Shown here: one piece after another, positions 24,901 through 36,199 of the stretch
Layout: every line of letters starts with the position of its first letter
Numbering within the stretch: position 1 is the first letter of the stretch
Assembly: GCF_001194135.2 (NCBI RefSeq)
Contig: NC_068996.1
Span: 14,576,869 to 14,627,602 of the forward strand
Source: Octopus bimaculoides
Taxonomy: Eukaryota
Reading direction: 5' to 3'
Length of the DNA stretch: 50,734 bases
Made by a program: the position numbers and the translations under genes
Notes under the pieces: model-generated
The model's input: the letters and a program-made list of their open reading frames with translations, nothing else
Database searches by the model: none
What the model was told of the DNA's origin: nothing

Positions 24901-25162
24901 GGTAAGTCTACCGCCATCAATTCATCGCAGGAGAGTTCACTGCCATCAATTCATCGCAAGAGATTTCACCACCATTAATTCGCCGTTTAATCAAATGATT
25001 AAACACATTAAAATTCGAGAATAAAGTTGTTTTTTTTTAATTCTTTTGTTGTGAACTTATCTCTTCGTATACTTACTTCCCTTGCGGTGAACTCTCCTCG
25101 CAGTGAACATTCCTCACGGTGAACTTTCCCTGCGGTGAATTGATGACGGTTAAAGTATTACC
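24901..25162. mobile_element. MITE-like element with inverted subterminal repeat arrays
   Basis: Left GGTAAG..TACCGCCATCAATTCATCGCAGGAGAGTTCAC is inverted to right GTGAACTTTCCCTGCGGTGAATTGATGACGGT..TTACC, with ~15-bp GGTGAA-containing units. Confidence 0.65.
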
Positions 25163-25187
25163 GCGCAATGTGATATGACGACAGTGA

Positions 25188-25309
25188 ATGCGCACAGCTC
25201 AGTGGTTAGAGCTTCGAACTTATAATTGTGGGGTTGTGAGTTCGAATCGCGGACCGAGCTGCATGTTGTGTTCTTGAGCAAGACACTTTATTTCACGTTG
25301 CTCCCGTTA
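25188..25309 (+). mobile_element. Family-D SINE head (tRNA-like A and B boxes)
   Basis: AGCTCAGTGGTTAGAG ... GAGTTCGAATC then TGTTCTTGAGCAAGACACTTTATTTCAC. Confidence 0.7.
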
Positions 25310-25697
25310 GTGGAGGCGCAATGGCCCAGTAGTTAGGGCAGCGGACTCGCGGTCATAGGATCGCGGTTTCGATTCCCAGACCGGGTGTTGTGAGTGTTTA
25401 TTGAGCGAAAACACCTAAAGCTCCACGAGGCTCCGGCAGGGGATGGTGGCGAGCCCTGCTGTACTCTTCCACCACAACTTTCTCTTACTTCTTGTTTCTG
25501 TTGTGCCTGTAATTCAAAGGGTCAGCCTTGTCACATTCTGTGTCACGCTGAATATCCCCGAGAACTACGTTAAGGGTACACGTGTCTGTGGAGTGCTCAG
25601 CCACTTGCACGTTAATTTCACGAGCAGGCTGTTCCGTTGATCGAATCAACTGGAACCCTAGACGTCGTAAGCGACAGAGTGCCAACAACAACAACAA
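25310..25697 (+). mobile_element. Family-C tRNA-derived SINE, apparently full length, (CAA)n tail
   Basis: GTGGAGGCGCAATGGCCCAGTAGTTAGG (A box)...GGTTTCGATTCCC (B box)...GAGTGCCAACAACAACAA. Single copy in the window, recognised as an octopus-type SINE. Confidence 0.75.
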
Positions 25698-25859
25698 TGA
25701 TATGACGATGTCGTTAAGGCATTATAGAATTCGACTCCTCTCAAAAATAAGCTGTTCTAGAATATTACATCTGTTATTGAATACATAGAATAAACATCAG
25801 CACAAAAAATATTATTCTTTTATTCTGTCATTCTTATTAATAAAACATTCTCACCAAAA

Positions 25860-26220
25860 CTTTTACCAAGTGCAAACTCAACAAACAAGATATCGTTGTT
25901 TGGAACAGGTAAGAAAAAAATGAAGGCTATCATGGAAGTTAGCTGTCCTGTTGATGTGAGTATCTCTTCGAAAATCAAAAACAAAGAAGATAACTATGGA
26001 CAAATACTTCGACACTTTCAGCTTCTATATCCAGACATAAATTCACATTTATACCAATAACAATTCGTGCACTTGGTTTTGTGAATAAATAGCTTAGTGA
26101 AAATTCGAATAAACATGGGCTTTCAGAAAAGAAAATCAACCAGCTAATACGCACATTACAAATACAATCTTGTAACGAGAAGTGCAAAAATATGCAAGAC
26201 TTTTCTCAAGTTTAAAATGT
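25860..26220 (+). mobile_element. RLE-domain fragment of an R4/Dong-like LINE
   Basis: QDIVVWNR, YIMEVSCPVDV, EDNYGQILRHFQLLYPD, IRTLQIQS; homologous to 15660-15960. Confidence 0.8.
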
Positions 26221-26299
26221 AAGATTCTGCATTCCAGCGACGGAATTTTACGCACCCACACATGCATGCACATATGTATAACACATACATACATGCATG

Positions 26300-26341
<42 letters not shown>

Positions 26342-26934
26342 CACTCAGATATACACACTCACATTCATGTATCATACATACATCTCAGATACCACGCTTA
26401 CATTCACAAACACAATGCTGTCTCCCTTGTCACTGCACACATAAGCATCTTGCCCCCCCTCTCTCTCTCTGTGCCTTTCTGTTAATATGCCTCACTCTTT
26501 CCCTCTCGTACAACCTTCACAAACACACACGCATACACACACGTACACACACGTACACACATTTACAGTGACACACGCGCTTCATTTACTTTTAGTCTTT
26601 CTCTTCTCTGCAAATGTCTTACACTCTCTTTTATCTCGTACATTCCTTCTGTTTCTCTCCCTACACATATATCATAATTTTATCACTGTGTTCAGCTTGT
26701 ATATTAATTAATATTCATTTGACAAAGCCAAATGCCTAAAGATGAGGGATGCAAAGCAGTCTTTGCCGTAAATTGTTGCCCTTCCGTGTCTTACATGCAG
26801 CGTGTCTGTAAAACCGATACTGAAAAAAAAACAAAACTGTATAACAAACATATGGCTTATCGCAGAAACAAAGAATATAGTTAAGAAAATAGATAAATGC
26901 AAAAATAAACAAAGACGTAGGTTATCTTACATTA

Positions 26935-27272
26935 CAACACCACCACTACCACACCCTGTACTATACTGGCATGAACAATAACACCAGCAACACCACCACC
27001 ATCAACACCGTCATCGCCTTCGCCACCCCATCATCATCATCATCACCATCACCATCATCATCATCATCATCACCATCACCATCATCATCATCATCATCAT
27101 CATCGTCATCATCATCATCACCATCATCATCGTCATCATCGTCATAATCATCACCACCACCACCATCACCACCACCAAAACCACCATCATCATCATCATC
27201 ATCACCATCACCAACATCATCATCATCATCACCACCACCACCACCACCACCACCACCATCAAAACCACCACC

Positions 27273-27306
<34 letters not shown>

Positions 27307-27314
27307 CCATCACC
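26935..27314. repeat. (CAC)n/(CAT)n microsatellite
   Basis: Directly visible. Confidence 0.95.
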
Positions 27315-27824
27315 NNNNNNNNNNNNNNNNNNNNNNNNNNNNNNNNNNNNNNNNNNNNNNNNNNNNNNNNNNNNNNNNNNNNNNNNNNNNNNNNNNNNNN
27401 NNNNNNNNNNNNNNNNNNNNNNNNNNNNNNNNNNNNNNNNNNNNNNNNNNNNNNNNNNNNNNNNNNNNNNNNNNNNNNNNNNNNNNNNNNNNNNNNNNNN
27501 NNNNNNNNNNNNNNNNNNNNNNNNNNNNNNNNNNNNNNNNNNNNNNNNNNNNNNNNNNNNNNNNNNNNNNNNNNNNNNNNNNNNNNNNNNNNNNNNNNNN
27601 NNNNNNNNNNNNNNNNNNNNNNNNNNNNNNNNNNNNNNNNNNNNNNNNNNNNNNNNNNNNNNNNNNNNNNNNNNNNNNNNNNNNNNNNNNNNNNNNNNNN
27701 NNNNNNNNNNNNNNNNNNNNNNNNNNNNNNNNNNNNNNNNNNNNNNNNNNNNNNNNNNNNNNNNNNNNNNNNNNNNNNNNNNNNNNNNNNNNNNNNNNNN
27801 NNNNNNNNNNNATATAGATAGATA

Positions 27825-28415
27825 GGCGCAGGCGTGGCTGTGTGATAAGAAGCACGTCGGGCGAAATGCTTAGCGGTATTTCGTCTGACGTTACGTTCTG
27901 AGTTCAAATTCCGGTGAGGTCGACTTTGCCTTTCATCCTTTCGGGGTCGATAAATTAAGTACCAGTTACGCACTGGCGTCGATGTAATCGACTTAATCAC
28001 TTTGTCTTTCCTCGTTTGTCCCATCTATGTTTAGCCCCTTGCGGACAATAAAGAATTAAGTAGCTTGCTTCCCGACCACATGATTCCCGGTTCAGTCCCA
28101 CTGCGTGGCATCTTGGGAAAGTGTCTTCTACTATAACCACAAACAGACTTGTGTGTGGATTTGGTACACGGCAACTGAAAGAAGTCCGTCGTATATATAT
28201 GTTTGGGTATCTGTATTTGTCCCCACCACCATTGCTTGACAACCGATGTTGGTGTCTTTACGTCCCTGTAACTTAGTGTTTCGACAAAAGAGACCGATAG
28301 AATAAGTACTAGACTTACATAGAATAAGTCCTGGGGGTTGATTTGTTCGACTAAATGCAGTGCTTCAGCATGACTGCAGTCAAATGTCTGAAACATGTAA
28401 AACAGTAAAAGAGTA
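27825..28415 (+). mobile_element. Family-A SINE interrupted by a family-B SINE
   Basis: Head GGCGCAGGCGTGGCTGTGTGATAAGAAGC resumes at TAAGTAGCTTGCTTCCCGACCACATG (28057). Confidence 0.9.
27854..28056 (+). mobile_element. 5'-truncated family-B SINE nested in SINE A
   Basis: GGTCGACTTTGCCTTTCATCCTTTCGGGGTCGATAAATTAAGTACCAG (Deu/Nin-like core), flanked by TAAGAAGC / TAAGTAGC. Confidence 0.9.
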
Positions 28416-28422
28416 TATTTTT

Positions 28423-28461
<39 letters not shown>

Positions 28462-28615
28462 CAATATGAAATAGTGTACATTTAAACACAAGAGTAAACT
28501 GCCTTCAACAGGCAGGTTTACACGCTAGAAGAAGTAGTCAAAACGACCAAAACTACGTTTAAGAACAATTTTGAAGGGAATGAAAAATAAGAACTTTTAC
28601 CTTGTTATTTTATTA

Positions 28616-28665
28616 CAGTCATACCTAGGTTTCAAATTTTTTAGCAAAATTCTCATCAGTGACCG
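28616..28665 (-). ncRNA. Minimal type I hammerhead ribozyme, Penelope-like-element type
   Basis: Minus strand CGGTCA-CTGATGA-GAATTTT/GCTAA/AAAATTT-GAAA-CCTAGG-TA-TGACTG. Intact core, 6-bp stem I, 7-bp stem II, palindromic ACCTAGGT stem III, GUA cleavage triplet. Confidence 0.8.
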
Positions 28666-29280
28666 CACCATAACACGAACATATAGCTAAGGGACAACTA
28701 ACACGTGTCTCATTGTTATACATTATAATTTTTCAAATTCAACGCGCATGCGCGGTTTCAGTCGGCAGTAAATCAATAAATGCCGAACTAATCTTCTAAA
28801 AATTGCTAAAAACATATATGCTAGGGCACTCGTAGTGAAATTTCTAAAAAAAAAATCGCTACCCTATATTTTACGTATATATATATGAGAGGCAGTGGCG
28901 TGTACTTAGGAAGAATTTAACTATGTAAAAGAAGGTAACTCCATTTAAATCCCGCATCCTGATAACTTGTTTGCTATGGCTCTTGTTGTACCAGACCAAT
29001 ACAAGTTTGTAAAACGAAAGAGTGGGACTGGTTCTGCAAAAGTCATGCCCACTATAACAATATCTATCGTACAAGTTGTTCAGGAATACAAGACACCAAT
29101 ACACACAAGTCTAGTGGTTAGGGAAAGGGACAATAGGGAGAGCATGCTATTAGAAACCTTCATGTTTAACCTAGTATCATAGGATCATAGTCATTTTCTC
29201 AGACCTGGAAGACACGGTACTGTTGTGCCATACCGATCCATCAATCGTCGAAGCGACGAGAGAATTCATATTTGTATAGA

Positions 29281-29573
29281 TGTAAGTAAGCATGACAGTA
29301 TGGTGACGTTGGTGCGAAAATGGGGTTCGTGTACGAAGATAGTTCGTGTGAAAGCGTGTATGTGAAGAGGTGAGAGAGTGTACGAAAATAAAGTATGAAC
29401 GAAGCACAGGGAATGAGAAGTGCAAGATGTGATTGTTAAAGACGATGTGATTGTTAAAGAGTGTACAGGCGCACACTCTCTCACCTCTTTATAAACACGC
29501 TTTCACACATGCTGTCTTCGCATACGAAACCTATTTTCTAACCAACGCCACCATACTGTCACGCTTACTTACA
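29281..29573. repeat. Long inverted repeat (~103-bp arms, ~87-bp spacer), MITE-like
   Basis: TGTAAGTAAGCATGACAGTATGGTGACGTTGG... versus ...CCAACGCCACCATACTGTCACGCTTACTTACA. Confidence 0.85.
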
Positions 29574-30030
29574 TTCTCTAAATGATCTTCTCCTAAATCC
29601 TGGTAATATTCCATATCCATTACAATAATGGCACTCCTTGTTTGATGACAATTGTGTTGTCAGCAGTTAATGATGTAGATAAAAAAAGATAACATATGAA
29701 TACAAACAAATTGCAGAAGACTTTCAACAAATGAAATAAAAAGGATTGAAACCAACTAATTTTGCTCACTTATAAAATCATTTCATGGAAACCTCGGGAT
29801 TTATGCCAGTAATAACGGTGCGTTCCTAGAGGCATAAAAAGGAAGAAGTCAGTCATTTTATTATAGTTGTCAAAAACTCATGTCAGTTAAATACATTTTG
29901 AAATCTGATGATTACTACGAACGTATGAAAGCAGTAATTGACATTTATGAACAGTACAAAATATATTTTTAATGTTGAAATACCTTAATAAAAAGCGTGA
30001 AAACCAGACCATGTTTTAACTTTATTCAAC

Positions 30031-30153
30031 TATGAGCATAGTATGCTATCCTATGAGCACAGTATGCTATCCTTTGAGCATAGTATACTTGCATATCCAT
30101 GCCCAGGGTTAACCCTGGGCATAGATATGCAAGCATACTATTCTCATAGGATA
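30031..30153. repeat. Loop-less palindrome (43-bp arms) preceded by 21-bp tandem units
   Basis: Centre GCCCAGGGTT|AACCCTGGGC at 30110/30111, 4 mismatches. TATGAGCATAGTATGCTATCC repeated ~2.7 times. Confidence 0.9.
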
Positions 30154-30186
30154 CAGGCAATAACAGAATAATCAAGAGTTTATCAG

Positions 30187-30262
30187 TCCAAGGTGCCACG
30201 CAGTGAGAATAAACTCGGAACCATATGGTTGGGAAGCAAGATTCTTATCGCACAACCACAGT
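30187..30262 (-). mobile_element. 5' fragment of a family-A SINE
   Basis: CCAAGGTGCCACGCAGTG...GGAACCATATGGTTGGGAAGCAAG. Confidence 0.75.
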
Positions 30263-30266
30263 TATA

Positions 30267-30560
<294 letters not shown>

Positions 30561-32080
30561 TATTTACCTATGTGTGTATGCAGTGTATATATGCACTACA
30601 TACACACACATGTATATATACATATATACATGTATATATACGTCACTAACCGAAATAAGTGAATCTATTGTTTAGGAAAATACTATTTACATTCGTTTAC
30701 GGGCTGTACTGGATAAATTGTGAAAATAACTCTAACAGTTCAAGTACTAAGAAATAAGCATACTCAATTTTATTTGTACTAAATAATTTAGGAAAATGAA
30801 TGGGTTATTTCACTTGGCTATATATAAAGATCCCTTCCAGAGGCGAATGGGTTATTTCCTTGGCTTTTAAAATAAAATATATTAGATATATATATATATA
30901 TAAAGATCCCTTCCAGGGGCCCTGCTATCAATCTTTTCAACAATCTGAGTATGCTATGAGGTTTCCCGACATGAATTCTACTCACGTGTCAAGTGTCATC
31001 AAAATCGATAAAACGATTGCAGGAGGAGTTAGTTAACAACTCCGCAAACACACCCACAGACAATTTCCCACATTTGTAGTAGATATATACATATAGACAA
31101 AGCTAAATCGACGGGTCTAAATCATCGGATTGTCTCCAATATATGCCTCACCAGCACACATGCAAACACAAGCTCACACACCCACAAAAACACGCAAGTT
31201 CACTAACACACAAACACGTTCAACATCGGATAAATCATGTTATTAAGTCCCACCAAAGCTTATTCCAATCGAGTAGTATAGCTCACTTAATTGCTTTTCA
31301 CATCAGTATGATACTGACGACAATTACACACACATAAAGAAACACTGAGAGACATATAAGCACTCACAAGCACATACATACATGCATACATACATACATA
31401 CATACCTATATATGTGTGTGTATATATATATATATGTATGTCTGTGTCTGTGTATGTATATATATGCGTGTGTATATGTGTGGATATGTATACTACACAT
31501 GTATATGTATTCATAAATGTAAACATATATATATATATATATATATATTTGTGTACACATCTATCTATCAGTATCTAAGCATTTATGTATATATGTATGT
31601 ATGCATGTATGTATGTATATATACATATATGCATATATAAACACATACACACACACACACTCACACACATATACATGTATATACATATATATGGTTGTAT
31701 ATGAATGTATATTTATATAGAACCGGACTGAGCGCTAAGCCGAGTTAAGAAAGGGATATTTTTGTGTAGAAATAACAAAAGACACATGGAAAAGTTATTA
31801 AAAGTTCCTTTTGAGATATTCGTTAAGCTTTGCGAGAGACGTAAACAAACGTGTGTGGGCGAATGAGACGAAAGCAGATACAAAATAAACAAGAAAGTGA
31901 TTTCATGTTAGTAACAATCGTTTTTAGATGTGGTGATGAAGATGGAGGCTAGAACACAAGGGAAGAGAAGTGCAAATGAATGGGTGTATGTGAGTGATGC
32001 TGCGTGCTCAGTATAAGTGTATGTATGTGTATCTGTGTGTACATAGGTACGCCCCAGTATATATATACACACACACACAC

Positions 32081-32114
<34 letters not shown>

Positions 32115-33894
32115 ATANNNNNNNNNNNNNNNNNNNNNNNNNNNNNNNNNNNNNNNNNNNNNNNNNNNNNNNNNNNNNNNNNNNNNNNNNNNNNNNNNNN
32201 NNNNNNNNNNNNNNNNNNNNNNNNNNNNNNNNNNNNNNNNNNNNNTGTATGTATATATATATATATATATATATAGACATATATATATATGTATTACGTA
32301 CATATATACAGATGCACATAAATTTGGCGTTTAATTTGTCAGTTTTGGGAAAAATGAAAGAAAAGACGCGCTTAAAATCTGATTACACATGTCTGTCTGT
32401 GAGTGTGGGTGTGTGTGCCCATGTGCTCGTCCGTGTGTGAGTGCATTGTGTGTGTGTGTGTGTGTGTGTGTTTATTTGTGTGCGTGTATGTGTATTTGTG
32501 TGTGTGCCTGTCTCAACATCAGCATGTGCGCCTGTTTGTAAGTGTTTATTTACATGCAAACCTCTCTCTCTCCACCCTTTCTCTCCTCCTCTCTCTGTCT
32601 TTCTTTCTCTGTGTGTTAGGGGGTGTATGTATGTACGTGTGTATACGTGTGTGAGTGAGTGTGTGTGTGTGTGTGTATGCGTGGTAGATTGGTGACATCT
32701 CTTGCTTGGAAGGTCTTCTCATTCTTTTTCATATTTCGAAAAAAAGGAAAACGCTTTTTTTTTTTTTTTTCTTGTCTGTTTTTATCTACGAAATCTAACT
32801 GCAGTTAAATGAGGCCCTGCTTGAAAGAATCGGGGAGCTTAACAGATTTTTTTTTTTTTGCGAACAATTACGGCGCAAGATGATCCGAAGGTGCATTCTT
32901 CTGTTATTGCAATGTGTTAATAAGACCCGCGCATGTTTATACGCAGGCACGCACGTAAGAAAAAACACACCAATAAGCACATACATACAAAGAAACACAC
33001 ACGTCCTGAAGCACATACGCACACATACAATATTCTACGTTACATACAGCAAACAATTTGTAGAAATATATAGTAACGGCGTTAATCCCTATTTATATTC
33101 GACATGCTATATTTATCAAAAACAGAATGGATACGTTTCATAAGGAATGGTTACTAGCATTCCGGGCATGCCGGAAGAATTACATGGTGCTGCAGAGAAT
33201 AAACATTAGGTCAACAGCTTCCAATCAAGTTTTCCTTTGTTCTTTTTGCTTTCTTTCTTTTTTGTTTTCTTTTTTCGTTTTTTGACGTGGAACCCTCATC
33301 CGATTTTTCAAACGATCGTTAAGTTTACGACTATATTTTACTGCTAACCAGCTTCACTGTAGAGTTAATTTGATCCTAACTGGAACAAAAATTGCGTTAG
33401 CGGGAGAAATTATTCACATAACTATACTATAATGGAAAAAAACATGCACATTTATGAATGTGTGTAAAATAAATGTATGTAAAATTTTCTAACAGAAAAC
33501 AATAAAATGTGCACTATCTAGAAAGTTCTTATGAATTCTAATTTTGATATACTATTAATTTATTTTTTAGCAAAATGTGATATTCAGGATTCTTTTATTA
33601 TTGAAGTCTTCAGTTTCACGATTCAATGATACAATTGATTTGTATTCACTTCGGCATAACCATCTACCACTTCGGTATAACCATCTACCACTTCAGCATA
33701 ACTACAAATTTGCGCCCTTCCCTAGAATTTGCTTCTTCATAACTTCTTAGAAATAAATTTTAGATGATATAGATTACAATTATATTAGAATTTATGGTGA
33801 GAAACTTTTCCTGAAGGATGGGGGGAGTTTCTGATAATTCACATGCGCCCTAACTGTTTCCCCAGATATTTCTCAGCGAAATTTCCTACAAATA

Positions 33895-34302
33895 GGCGCA
33901 GGCGTGGCTGTGTAACAAGAATCCTCCTTCCAAACCATATAGTTATGGATTCAGTCCAACTACGTGTCATCTTGGGCAAGTGTTTTTTTACTATAGTGTG
34001 AGTGAATTTCGTAGACGGAAACTAAAAGAAGTCCGTCACATATATATAAGTATGTATGTGTGTGTATGTATGTATGTATTTATGTATGTATACGCGTGTG
34101 TTCCACTCTTAACACTTGCTTGACAACCGGTGTTGGTTTGTTTACGCCTCGGTAACTAAGCAGTTCGGCAAAAAGATCGATGGAATATGTACCCGGTTTG
34201 AAAAAATGTACTGGAGTCGTTTAGTTCGACTAAATTTCAAGGCAGTGCCCCAGCATAGACGTAATTAAATGACGAAACAATTAAAAGATAAAAGATAAGA
34301 TA
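33895..34302 (+). mobile_element. Older, diverged family-A SINE
   Basis: GGCGCAGGCGTGGCTGTG head, GACGGAAACTAAAAGAAGTCCGTC, AAAAGAT tandem tail. Confidence 0.8.
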
Positions 34303-34577
34303 CCTTTCGGATGGTGTAGATTACACGTTTATCAGAACTTCATCTGAACAAGTTGACATTTTAAGCATCTTGACCTTGTTTCCTCATATGCGTTAACGAT
34401 GTAGATTACAATTACCTTGAAGAAAATTAATTTTGAGAACTATTCCGTCCTTTCTTGAAGGTCTTTTGAAGGAAATTTCTGTAGAAAAGTGAATACAACA
34501 CTAAAACTAATTATTGAATATATATTTTTTCAAATATATATATATTACCGACAAAGGCAGTATTGATACCGCGATGT

Positions 34578-34921
34578 AATATTTATTCCACTTAAATGCG
34601 GATGAACTGTTAATATTGCCTCTATCTCTAATATATATTTGTTAACAAGCTAACTGGCTAATCGCGACACTGATTTTCTATATGTCGCTAGCGGAGAGAT
34701 GAGTCGCTACGATCTCTAGCGGTCGAGTGTCCATCACCAATGAGATCAAGGAAGATCGAAATTACGCGCTGGAGTTGGTGGGGATTTATCTCCCCGCTGG
34801 CGACATTAGCAAGCAAGCGTGCATTCTGCACCAAAAATTTATAAAAGGGTTTCTTTCATAGTATCTATTGCAGTAAAGCTTGTTCTAGCAAAACATTCAC
34901 GTTTAAGTGGGAATAAATATT
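34578..34921. repeat. Degenerate palindromic MITE-like element
   Basis: Concentric inverted blocks about ~34745: 34578-34596/34902-34921 and 34682-34700/34788-34806. Confidence 0.55.
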
Positions 34922-35631
34922 TCTTCTCGATATTTCTTTCATTATTTTATCGCATTGTTAATCTCTCTCTTTTAAACAAACTCAGATGTAGCCCATCTAC
35001 CTGCCCGCTTGGCATGCTAGAAATAGCAGGAATCGCGTAGGTCTCAAAAGTATTTGTGTTATCAATATAAATGTAATCTATATCACCAAAACTTACGAAG
35101 AAATAAAGTCGCGATAGGTAAAAAAAAAAACCTCACCCAGTGCCTTTCCTTTTATGTTAAATTCCAATATAATCGTAACCTACACCATTTGAAAGTTATT
35201 TGAAAAAAAAATTCATAAAATAATTACCGATTTTCTAAAATTTATGAGAAAAATTCGAGGTTTATGAATGCCCAAAACTCCTTTCTCCATAGTCACTCTG
35301 ACGAAGGTTTTTGAAACAAAATCTGATATAATCGTAATCTACAAAATCTAAAACATATTTGCGGAAATTTTCATTAACAATTATCAATGTTTTAGAAAGT
35401 TATGAGGAGATGAAATAAGGGGCATACACTTGAGTAGTTATGTCTCAAATATATATCCAAGAGAGAGTACTAATAGACGAATAAAGACTACAGTAGAAAC
35501 TTAGATGTAACATTTCAGAAAAATTACACAGAATTGGGATCAAATGTGTAAATATCATTTAGTGACCAGCAGAAACCTTACTCACTCTATCTGCTTGTCT
35601 GCTAGTATATGGTATAACGAGTTAGGTTCTT

Positions 35632-36046
35632 TTAGAGCTGTTGGAATCATTAGTACACCGAGCAAAATGCTTAGCGGCATTTCTTCCATCTCTACCTTCT
35701 GAGTCCAAATTCCGCCAAGGTCAACTTTGCTTTCATCCCTTGGAACCTTGGGCAAGTGTCTTCTACTATAGCCTCGGGTCGACCAAAGCCTTGTAAGTGG
35801 ATTTGGTAGAAGGAAACTGAAAGAAGCCCGTCATACACACACACACACACATACATATGTATATGTATATGTTTGTGCGCCTCTGTCCTTACACTATCTC
35901 TTGACAACCGATGCTGGTGTGTTTACATCCACGTAATTTAGCGGTTCGGCATAAGAGACCGATAGACTAAGTACTAGGCTTACAAAGAATAAGTCCTGGG
36001 GTCGATTTGCTCGACTAAAAGTGGTGCTCCAGCATGGCCGCAGTCA
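35632..36046 (+). mobile_element. Chimeric SINE: family-B head (35632-35740) fused to family-A body
   Basis: ...GTCAACTTTGCTTTCATCCCTTGG joined to AACCTTGGGCAAGTGTCTTCTACTATAGCC... Confidence 0.8.
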
Positions 36047-36199
36047 NNNNNNNNNNNNNNNNNNNNNNNNNNNNNNNNNNNNNNNNNNNNNNNNNNNNNN
36101 NNNNNNNNNNNNNNNNNNNNNNNNNNNNNNNNNNNNNNNNNNNNNNNNNNNNNNNNNNNNNNNNNNNNNNNNNNNNNNNNNNNNNNNNNNNNNNATATA

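Noticed and set aside
25188-25385. tRNA-like sequences (also 22690, 44445)
   Set aside because: A and B boxes are present but there is no complete cloverleaf, and they continue into SINE bodies, so they are SINE heads rather than tRNA genes
30798-30916. Local ~45-70 bp imperfect duplication around (TA)n; also the 25-bp duplication at 48484-48533
   Set aside because: Ordinary slippage products with no further structure
33647-33703. Short direct repeats as a CRISPR-like array (also 30031, 48484)
   Set aside because: No unique spacers, eukaryotic context, no cas genes
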